From Chrysomallon squamiferum (lineage: Eukaryota > Animalia > Mollusca), in assembly GCA_012295275.1 (NCBI GenBank), contig CM022665.1, positions 6,076,001 through 6,140,000 of the forward strand: 64,000 nt of DNA. The letters run 5' to 3'. The position numbers were made by a program, and so were the translations under genes. Below, piece by piece: positions 53,601 through 64,000 of the stretch; the first letter of the stretch is position 1, and the number at the start of each line of letters is the position of its first letter. The notes under the pieces are model-generated. The model had not been told where the DNA came from. It made no database searches and saw only the letters and a list, made by a program, of their open reading frames with translations.

Positions 53601-56600
53601 TCTAAAATTAAAAATTGAAATTAAAGTATGTATTCTTTATTCTAACAGAATTTTTTTTTTTTACAAAGTATCAATGTTAAAAACAAACGTGGAACAACCA
53701 AAACAATTACCAGTTTTTCTTGAATATTTACATAAAATACTGAAATAATTAGTACACATAAGTGAATATTGTTAACCTGTATCAATAGCTCAAGGAATGT
53801 TTCCTTGTATTAGCAATATTAATTTATTTAAATTTGGAAACAAATCAGTTTCATTGAAAACGGTGGAATTATAACATAAAATATTATATAACATTTACAA
53901 ACCTAGCCTGTGCCTCTTCACGTTCTCGCCTTTGTTCAGCCCACTGTAATTGTTTAAGTTCATATTTAAGCAGTCGCAGTTTCTCATAGCTTTCTTCAAT
54001 AATGTCTCGAGTTGCAGCATATGACATAATCTGTTGCACCAGAGTGTTGATAATTTTCAGTTTGTCGCCTGAAATAACAGTTAAAACATTATAATTAATA
54101 AATGCTGGTTGTAATGATAGCAATAAATATTACAGAACTATTTTCTTGTGAGAGTAGTACAGGTTGAGAATCCCTTATCCAAAATGCCTGGGACCAGAAA
54201 TGTTTTGGATTTTGGAATAAAAGGACCTAGCCTGAGAATAGGATACAAGTCTAAACATGAATTTATATTTTATACAGAGATTATACAGAGAGCAAACAGG
54301 TTCTTTATGCTGAAATATTTTCAAAAATGTTGTGTAGAAAATAATATTTTCGTATACAAAACAATCCCAAAACTTTTAAGATATTACTACTTCAGCTGCT
54401 GGGATAAAAATTTTGATTGAGGAGGTTTTAGGATTTCGATATTCCGGATGATAAGGAATCAGACTGTAACAATGTGGTAACAAAAACCAACAAATAAAGA
54501 GGTTTTATTTACCTGCAGGTAGGTCAAATATGTTGTCTGTAGTTAAGGCTTTCAAAATTGCAGGTTCCTCGTAACGCAAAGCCAGACCAGCATCATCTAG
54601 TGAAGTGTAGCCTCCTCTCTGCTGGTATCGAAAACGAGCATTTTTGGCACCAGCTCGGGCTCCTGATGAAAGAATGTGAATGCGCAGGATTTCTGTTACG
54701 GTGAACTGATCTAGTAACATTTCTTTCAAAGGCATTCCTGAAAAAAATTAACAAAATAAACGTCATTAAGATTTGCCGTCTCGTGACAGGAAAAAAACAT
54801 AAAAGAACAGCAATAAATAAATGAATAAAATAAAATAAAATAAAATAAAATAAAATAAAATAAAATAAAATAAAATAAAATAAAATAAAATAAAAATAAA
54901 AATAAAAATAGTAAAAAGAAGAATAATAAGATCGAAACGTAATAATAAAAAGTAAAAACAAAAATTAAGTTTCAAACTAAAATAACTAATAATAAATATT
55001 AAGTCTGATTAGTATGTTTATACTGTTGTTTTATAAAATAATGTTATACTAACCATGAAAGACTTGTGGGTTCTGACTCATCATGGTGGCTGAATGGATC
55101 ATCTGGTTAGTTGACCAGTCTTGTTCCAGAGTGTCATCAAGTGTTTCAACACCTAAAAATACAGTTAATTAACATTGACATTTTTCCATTTACATATTAA
55201 CTTATTCTAGATTATTAAAAAAATATAAAATAATAATAATAAAATAAAACAATTAAAAAAATATAAAACATAATAAAATAACAATTTTGAAAATAGTAAT
55301 GTTTATTAATTGTTAATTTTTGATCAAATATTAATATTTGCAAAAAACAAAAACAAAAAAGTCTTCAAAGAATTTAAAGAATTATGTCATGGCTGACAAA
55401 TGGAATTAAAATAGGTTAATTACTAGTGAAAACAGAGAAAAATGACATCCACTGAAATCTTTTCTAATTCTCTGCACACTGGCAGACAGAAAAAAAAAAA
55501 ATTCATTTCTAATAAATAACATTAAATTTCTCACTAGTGTCATTCTTGCTGAGTTCAAGTTCCTCTACTTCTTCTGCTTCCTCCTCCTGCAGGTTGAAGA
55601 TGGCAAGAAGTAACATCTGAAGAAGGTCACAGAGTGGACCATCAACGTCATGGTCAAGTAGCGCCGACTCAAGCATTCCTGAGACATATTAAAAACAATA
55701 AACATCATGGAATCCACGGTTAAGAAATTAAAAACTATTAATTCAATTCTGAATTCAAAAATATATAAACAAACACCAAAACTAAAGGCTAATAGTGCAT
55801 CTAAAATAAAAAGTGATGACATACTTACTTCAGCCTTTTGACACTAGTCGAGCTATCTAGGCACACTGCACTAACTTAAATTAAGCCTAGTATTTCACTT
55901 AGGTAATTTTACTAAAAATACCAGTTGCATAACCAGGCTTAAAATGCCATTTCACTATGTAATTTCAGTTTAATTTAAAGTTAAATATTTGTGAACAGGT
56001 TCTAAAAATAATGAAGGTAAATAATTTTATTTCTTAATTCAGTGTTTAAATCTAAGTAGTCACATTTGGAGACTACATGTATTTATAAAGATGTAATTTT
56101 AATACTGAAGTGTAACTATGACAGAACAAAAGTGATTAAAAAGTCACCCCATGTGAATCCTTTTGGGAAGAACTGCTTAAAGTCAAATGTAGATTTAAAG
56201 ATGTGCACAAATTCAAGAACCATAACTGCATCACCAAACAGTTCAGCTGGAACTCTTGTTGTTACAGGACAAAATTCTGGCAGAAGCTGAAATTAACAGT
56301 AACATATTGCAATGTAACTAATATTAAAAATAAATAAATAAAAAAATAAAAATTAAGTTTGGAAGTATGCAATAAGGCTGAGATATAATATTCCATCAGA
56401 TGTATTCAAAGTTTGCAAATCAAATTACTGCTCAGATCAGAATAGTTTAATATGTTAAGCTGGTATTATTTCAAAATTTAGCCATTTTAACATTATATTT
56501 TACATCAACATCCATTATGATATCTATCTATAAAGTTAATTAGAATATTCCATTCTATAAAATGGCTAAGATAGTTATAAACATGAATTATGGATATCGT

Positions 56601-59600
56601 GTTAATACAAAGTAACTTACTTTTAAGTCATCACATTCCAAGTCTTCCCTCTGACGATTCCATTCTCTTAGAACTTCCATCTGTAAACGTTTCTTTTCCC
56701 GCTGTTTCTCACGTTCCTAAGTGAATAAAAAATAAAAATAAATATTAGTTTCTTGTATATTTTGATTCAGTCCTCTTTAAAACAGATAATGAATGAAATA
56801 CTACCCCTAGTCCAGAGACATAATATAGATTAGTGGACAAATGTAAAAAAAATAAATATCCTCTTTTTCACTTTTTAATCGCTCATTTTAATATATATTT
56901 TTTTTATTTCACCTAGACATTTTCAAATTAATATGGAACTTGCAGCATGCGTAAAAAAAAAATTAAATTTATTTTTAAAATACAAAAAGCTTCACATACC
57001 TTAGCTTTTTCTTCTTTCCTTCTTAATCTTTCTTCTTCCAGTTTTTTTCTCAATTCTTCTCTCTTAGCCATTTTTTCTGCCATTTTTTCTTGTTTGATTT
57101 TTTCCAAAAGAATAGCTTTTTCTTCTGGTGTCAGCTGAGGTTCAGCAGCTGGTTCTTCAGCAGGGGACTCTGTAACAATTTTATTATATAATTCTATTTT
57201 TATTTTACTCATACTTCTTTCTTTTTTCCTATATTATTTTTTTTTACTTTCTGTTTTAAAGTCAGTATTAATTTTGAATAACGATGAAAAGTAAATTTAT
57301 TTAAATGACCAAAACTTTACTAATATTATATATTTTTTATTTATATTTTATAGATATATATCTTTTTATTCATTCAACAGTATATAGATTAAAACATGGT
57401 AAATAAAATATTTAAAAAAATAAATAAAAAAATTCAAAAATTCAAATTAATTAATTAATAATAAATAAACTATTGCTGCTCACTGTGTCCTTTCTTTTTC
57501 AACTTCTCCTCTTTTTTCTTTGTCCTTTTTTTCTCCTGACTAATGCTTGGTTCTGGCTCACTTGTATGAATTGTCTTAGCAGGAGCTTTCTTTCTCGCTT
57601 TAGACACAACAAAAACAGGAAAATCTCCAGCAAAAAAGTCACTGAACTTAGCTGATGACAATTTAAGCTTCCGAATAATTTCAGGCTAAAGTTTGAAAAA
57701 TAAAATGGGAATTATTTCAGGAACATATATCTGTAAAATCCATAACGTTTCAACTGTTTTTAAATTGTTTTTATACAAACATCAAGTTACAATTTAGATG
57801 TAATCATTATGATAATTTATTTGTTATTCAACCAACACTATTAATAGTTATTATGATACTATTGTTGTTGTTTTTTGGTAAAGAATGTGTTTATAAGCAC
57901 AACATTTATAAATGATTTGTGGAAATTATTGTTTTCTGTTAAATTAACAGATTCTTACAAGTAGTATTGGTCCAGTTGTATTGTTTGTAAGAATGACATT
58001 TTTGGTTTCAACTGTACAAGTTTATTAGGCATGTTAAATGGTCAAATATATTACAAGCAATAATATATCACTTCCTTGTGTTGTTTTTATCTAAGGAAAA
58101 TAGTTATCAGTCCCATGACAGTAAGAAAAACAAAGTAACAGATTACTACTAATACTAATATTAACTTACTTTAACTTGCCAAATGCCATTTTGAGGTTCA
58201 CAATTGAACTTCAGGAATAATTTGCTCTTGTCTCTAGTGTACAAACCACGTTTTCGGCTTTTATAAATAAAATAAAAATGTATCTATATATATTCATAAA
58301 ACTCTATTCCAAATAAATTTGAAAAAAAGACAGAAAATGTACCAATGTTCCAAAATCAAAATACATTATCAGTTCATAGTATGCCATATTAGTTTTAAAA
58401 AACTCCACTAAAACAAGATAAGTAAATGTTCAAAACAGAACTGAAAGATATGGCAACACTGCAAGCAGCAGACTGGTGGGAACATATAAATTATTATTCC
58501 CACTGTCCAGACTAGCTGCAGAAAAAAAATATAAAGAAAAATAATTAACTTTACAGTGCTATAATCTGATCAGTTAAACATTTTGCATTAATTCTCAGAG
58601 TTGTGTTATATATTTACCTTATTTTTGAGGCCTTAACAACAATAGTTCCAGACTTTCCAGCCTGCTGTACAACATACTGAAACTTTGTTGGATCCGAACC
58701 AAAGTTTTCAGATTTTCCTGCAGTGCTGAAAAAAAAGAGAAGAAAAAACACTATTAAAATGGAAAAAATAAGAATTTAGATATGTTTTATTACCTCCTTC
58801 AGTAACACAAGACCCAGTTTTTATTCAAATTCATTATCTTCAAATTCTGACTAGACAAACTAATTACAATTTCAGTGTTTTAATTACATTGATAACCTTT
58901 AAGAATATTTTTCAAATATTCATATAATCTTTCCAAAATGTGTTAATAAAATAAAATAAAATTTCTCATCACTAATATCCTAACTCCTTTCTTCATTAAC
59001 TGATTAAAAATTAAAGCCAAAGTAACATTTTTATTACAAACAATTTAATTCCACTGTTCTGACTGCAATTTTTTTTATGAGCACAAAACACACACAGATG
59101 CATATAAAAGTGAATACAAGTGTGTGTATTTGTGTGTTCGTAAATTCTGACAAAGGGATTTTAAATGGCAGTGAATATGATACTGGTTGAGACTCTGAAT
59201 GGGACTATTATTGAGCTGATTTCAGCAATGACCACCATGTCAGTGGTGTCCAGTGTGTCAGCAGTATCCACCACCTTGACCACAGCATCTTTAATCAGTT
59301 TCCATAATTTATGTTAATTTAGTAACATAACTGGTCACTGGTTAGGTTATGTCATATGAAAACAATGTTGCAGCAGCATGCATCTTAATGATATAATCAT
59401 TTTGTTAGACAGAAAAGTATAATTCAGAACAGTAAGAAAAAATGGTAGCCTGTATTTATTTTAGCCTTTAACTAAGAATTAACTGGAAACAGAATATAAA
59501 GGCATTTATGTCTTAAAAAAATATTAGAAATTGATATAAATGGTCAGTTCTGTGATGGATGTTCATATCTGGAAATGTTCATATCTGGAAATGTTCATCC

Positions 59601-59624
59601 TCACTCCCTGTAGAAAAACCAAGA

Positions 59625-59656
<32 letters not shown>

Positions 59657-61322
59657 CTTTTGTGATAGGGAACAATGAAATTTAAAACAGATACCTTGCT
59701 TTTTCAGAAGAGTCACTGTCACAGTCAATAATAATAACATCACCATTCTCCAGAGGTTCTGGGGGAGGAACAACCTTTACAATTGTACACACTTTTCTGA
59801 AACAGAGGCAATTTACCCAGTTTAAAAAAAAAATAATAACAGTAAAATAATATATAATAATATAATGAAATTTTAAATAGTTTAGAAGATTCAAGTAACT
59901 TAAGAGTTTTCAAGACAAAGTAACTAAGATAATTATGTATACATTTTTGTGTAATTTGTTAAAAAAATATATATATATATACTTCCAGCACTGGTATATA
60001 ATTTAAGACACCTCAATTTTATCGGTAAAATCTACAGTAAAGACTATGCTCCTGACCTGTCATTTCCAATAAGTACGTCAACTTCTTCTCCAATGAAGAA
60101 ACGATCTTTGGCATAGACAAAAATATCATCATTCAAATCTCCCAAGCAACGACGGTGAGTCAGAGAAACAAGGAACAGAATAGGTAACTTCAAGTATCTG
60201 GGAAAGGTTGCAAGATTTCTTTTTGCCTTTTCTTCACATTCCAGAGCCTCTTGGTAGGTCATCCCGGATTTGTTTGTAATGGCACATGACCACACCAAAC
60301 TATTGCACAAAATAATGCGCTCAAAAAACTGCCTGAAAATGTAAGATATACTAAATTATTAATTGCGTATTATTTTTACATCAGCACAAAACACTGACCA
60401 ATGAGGATAAAATAAGGCAATGTGATGGATTCATTAAGAAAGTGACAATGAAATGGACTAAATTATTTGTCATGTTGAATGCATTTTAATACAAAAAAAA
60501 AATAATTAAAGAAATCATTTTGCTAACGTATTCAAAATACTTATTAACAGATATTATAAGGGTGATGTAAAATTTTCACCAATTTCTGTTTATTCAAATT
60601 TTATATTTCCTGGACACACATTCTGTTACCAACTCAGTATAATAGTATAGAAATAACCCTTTCTTTAAATAAAAAAATTCTATGGTAAAATGTATGGCTT
60701 TCTTAATTATCTATAATTAAAATTAAAATAAAAAGGTTGTCACATTACTTTTAAGATTTTATAAATAACATTCAAAATCACACAAAACCAAACATGCTAT
60801 ATATCTGTTTAATGGCTATGAAAATTAATAACAACAAATCTGAATTTGAATATTTATTTATTTACTAAAAACTATTATAATTAAGTAATATTATCGAGCA
60901 TATCACTTATAATAAAATAATAGTGAATCATGCCGATACATGGGGCTGTCTAATTTATATTATGTAACATAAGATTGTTTTTATATATATTCACGATTCA
61001 GAGTTCACCCTTTCATTGAGAAAACGTAGAAATTCAACAACCGTAGTATTATCGGATCTACGAGAAAATGGCGCTGGTCGTTCATTGATGGTGTGCTTGC
61101 TTAGACTACATAGTAATCAGCAGACATGCCAACAGAAAGTCGGACGAAAACTTAGGCACATGTCACCTAAGTAAAAGTAAACAAATACAACAATAACCAA
61201 TATACTTACTCGTAATCTGAAAATATTTCATTTGTGATCTTACAGTAGAATACCTCGTCGTCATCTCGTAAGTCAGATGAAGGTTTTTCCGGATGAAATG
61301 GTTGCCGTCGTAAAAGAGGCAT
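47183..61322 (-). CDS. BAZ1A: Bromodomain adjacent to zinc finger domain protein 1A / ACF1 (24 exons, about 1559 aa)
   Basis: Exons: 61210-61322 (MPLLRRQPF...VFYCKITNEIFSDYE), 60057-60332 (WAC), 59695-59796, 58618-58725, 58170-58257, 57484-57685, 57000-57169, 56621-56716, 56148-56286 (DDT: LFGDAVMVLEF), 55535-55678, 55054-55152, 54513-54737, 53903-54068, 53506-53601, 52009-53053 (PIGRDRMYRRYW, LNSRGFRE), 51665-51759, 51212-51327, 50875-50997, 50293-50546 and 49856-50001 (PHD1), 49091-49362 (PHD2), 48511-48702, 48004-48146 and 47183-47452 (bromodomain AWPFLKPV...PDYHKVINKPMDF). All phases are compatible and the frame is intact. Confidence 0.95.
49363..49520. repeat. About 50-bp imperfect tandem repeat (about 3 copies) at a BAZ1A splice acceptor
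   Basis: Unit approximately taaaatcaaatataaatgtta...aacaagatggtgataaaatct, repeated from 49364, about 49421 and about 49470. Confidence 0.8.
54160..54466. mobile_element. pogo/Tigger-type MITE (Tigger4/MER46-like), about 307 bp, in BAZ1A intron 12
   Basis: TA at 54158-54159 and 54467-54468. Left end CAGGTTGAGAATCCCTTATCCAAAATGCCTGGGACCAGAAATGTTTTGGATTTTGG; degenerate right end ggatttcgatattccggatgataaggaatcagactg. The similarity to Tigger4/MER46 ends is recognised from memory, not computed. Confidence 0.75.
54823..54910. repeat. (AAAAT)n pentanucleotide microsatellite
   Basis: Tandem aaaat run in a BAZ1A intron; source of the FYFIL-repeat ORFs. Confidence 0.9.
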
Positions 61323-61769
61323 GTTGAATTTTGGAGGGAAAAACAAAGACTGCTTCTGAATGGATGGAACAGATTCCTCCTGTCCTCTAATAAAGTCTTC
61401 GATACCCTAATGTACCTAACACGATATATATATGATGAATTAAACCATATCTGATCCAAAAAGTCTGCGAAATTGGCACTGGTCTGAAGACGTGATTGCT
61501 TATGGCGTACACTCTTCACAAAGAGGTCATGCGTTGACCAAGCTGAACTAAATGGATACATAGGAGAAAACGTGTTTCATAGTGGGGATAAGAAATCAAC
61601 AATTAAAAATATTCATTCTATCTGGATTTCAATTAATCGTTATACAATTTATAGTGGATAAATTAAAGTTTGTAAATATATATTTTGTATTGATGTCCCT
61701 TTCTTATTTTATTTTATTAAAATATTTTTTGGAGAAGTTCTCAGTGAATCTGAATGCAAAATCCAACTA

Positions 61770-61860
61770 AAGGGCGGAGCTTCCCGATACCTTCAGATGA
61801 TCCTATTGGTTGAAAATGTTTTTTGATTGACGTTTATCCAATTTACATGAGCGGAAGTCT
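61770..61860 (-). promoter_or_regulatory. Candidate BAZ1A proximal promoter
   Basis: GC box GGGCGG (61772-61777), CCAAT boxes (ATTGG 61805-61809, CCAAT 61838-61842) and an ETS site GCGGAAGT (61851-61858) cluster about 450-540 bp upstream of the BAZ1A ATG, in otherwise AT-rich DNA. Confidence 0.5.
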
Positions 61861-62679
61861 TATTTTTCTACTTTCTTTTCATTAAAGAGTGACATAATTG
61901 TAATAACTCTTGAAAGTAGATGGGGGAAATATAAGTTCTGGTTTAAGTAAACATACTAAATACACTGTCATTTCGCGTAAAATATGCCTGATTATATTTT
62001 TAAAAATTCAAGAAATAAAAAATAAACTAAGTGGTTGACATGTAACGCAGTGAAACAAGGTGGTAAGCATTAGTCAAACGTTTTTATCAAATTTACTCAT
62101 GAACTGAAATCAGCAAATTAGAATTATACCTTAAAATATAAACCAACAAGCTAAAGAAATAAACTATATATGCATGGATATGTATTTATAATGCAAAAGT
62201 TAAAGTTTATTAAAGTTGTGTTTTTCATTTTCCACCCAGAATTGATACGTATCGTAATTTACTACCTGATTATATGTGGTTTTATCGTATAAATCAGAGT
62301 GAACATCAACAGCATCAACGACACACCTAACACTACCACAAGTAAATAATAATAATATTAAGTTAATCAATACTCTGATATTCCATATCAACTAACAATA
62401 AACTATTAAAATGTATATTTCTTCTTTTTTCTTTTATGTCTATATATATATATATATGTATTTTTTATTTTATTTAATTTTAATTATTTAATTTTTAATT
62501 TAATTTAATTTATTTTATTTTAATTTGGTTGTTTGTTGTCTTTTATCGTTTGTTTTTGTTTTTTTAGGGGGTTGTGTTTTTTGTTTGTTGTTGATGAGGG
62601 GTTATAAAACGAGAAATTTGAAATGTACCTGTAGAGGTACGTATGAATGAGTTAATAATATTCCAAGTTATTATTTTAT

Positions 62680-62860
62680 TGTTTTGAGCGGGTTACGTTT
62701 GAACACCAAGATTCGTGACGCAACAGGGTAGACTTGGCTGTCTGACATTGGACTATTTCTTCGCATCACCAAATATTTACTTTAAAGCCATATTGGTGAC
62801 AGGGGATTGGTAAGACTGTATGATCCGAGATGGTCGCAGGGGATTAAACAAAACAAAACA
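62680..62860 (+). mobile_element. Possible degraded SINE-like element with a (CAAAA)n tail
   Basis: GC-richer body containing attggactatttcttcg and ending in ggattaaacaaaacaaaaca, a simple-repeat tail typical of SINEs. Confidence 0.3.
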
Positions 62861-64000
62861 TGATAGGTTTCCAATACAAATTTATATAAACATTGCTGTC
62901 AATAAATATACATCATCCAAAAATTCTGAATAATGATGGTATGATTAAATAAATGGAGTACGTCAAAATGACATTTTTAAAAGTCCTTTCAAACTACCTC
63001 AGTTCTCACTAAGTATCTCTGCGCATATTTCCTTCGTTATTTCACCTACGTTTTTTATTTATATTATTATTTTTTTTTTCAGATGACCAATAACAATATA
63101 ACTCAGTTTAAAATAACAATAAATATTTATTTGTTCTGATCAACGAAAGTAAATAACATCTCTGATAATGGTTAACGGATTAACAGGATCATAATATCGC
63201 ATGTAAAGTTGCTTTATTATTATAATAAAAATATATATAAAATAAATATAATGTTAATAACAGAAATGTCTCAATTATTGGGTATCATGCGTTCTACTTA
63301 ATAAAATTAGTCGGAAACATTAAAAACGTCATAGCATAAAATGATGTTTACAAATCTGAACGGAAGAAAGCGATTTGTGTGACGTCGATCACATCTTACA
63401 TATTTAATTTTATTCCCACTGAAACTATAGCGTGTTATTGCTTTTATTAGTAAAAAATTACATACATACATACATACATATATATAATTAATAAAATAAA
63501 TAAATTAGTCCTATTTGATAAATATTAATGTAGTCAATTTGTTACCTCGTTCATTCAGGTTTCTCGATTTAATTAATTTCAAGCAATTACAGAAATGAAA
63601 AACAATGTTACATGATGTTTTTTTTAATACACGATCTATTATAGGCACATTCAGGAAAATTTAAAACGGTCAGGAAACAATAAGATATATTTCAATTACT
63701 GAAACAAATATATTTTTTATTAATCTCATTAATGTCGACTTGTGATGATGTCTAAATCCGAAAATGCGACATGCAGAATTTTTCAGGTAAGGATGCCTAC
63801 AATACTTCGCATTAGATAACCCAGATGCGAGTCACATTTTCATATTGCTTTTGCGGTGTCATTGAGGTTGCTAAAGTGCCTACACGGTGACCAAAGGTTG
63901 CACGTATTTATACGGATTACTACCTTAAAACTGACGCGAACTAACGATATTGCTAGGAAAGTTTATCAGTAACAGAGCAATTACGCACGCGGATGGCGTT

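Noticed and set aside
61163-61561. 132-aa ORF overlapping BAZ1A exon 1
   Set aside because: It is an alternative frame; the conserved WAC-domain N-terminus (MPLLRRQPF) starts at ATG 61322 in a different frame.
62200-62391. 63-aa signal-peptide-like ORF upstream of BAZ1A
   Set aside because: It starts at TTG rather than ATG, the hydrophobic stretch comes partly from a (TTA)n run, and no partner exons or recognisable domain were found. It may be UTR or intergenic.

Overview
AT-rich, microsatellite-dense animal DNA with short GT-AG introns; probably a lophotrochozoan such as a mollusc (inferred from gene content, not verified). No prokaryotic features, CRISPR arrays, rRNA or tRNA were seen. I reconstructed five intron-containing genes by hand. 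(1) The 5' part of a nuclear receptor on the - strand, running off the left edge, with an unusual CLPCKS P-box. (2) The cell death regulator Aven on + (6 exons, about 375 aa). (3) A 25-exon atypical Delta/Serrate-type (DSL) protein on -: signal peptide, MNNL/C2, DSL, a linker exon with a furin-type RHKR site, 22 EGF repeats, a TM helix and a ~34-aa tail (about 1219 aa, one apparent 1-bp frameshift). (4) ATG14 on + (9 exons, about 481 aa, one apparent 1-bp frameshift). (5) BAZ1A/ACF1 on - (24 exons, about 1559 aa). Several DNA-transposon relics are present: a TIR-bounded MULE-like fragment, a TA-flanked MITE and a Tigger4/MER46-like MITE. The most notable items are the possibly convertase-cleaved DSL ligand, the candidate two-DBD nuclear receptor and the mammal-like Tigger MITE. 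All coordinates were read by eye and no database searches were run.
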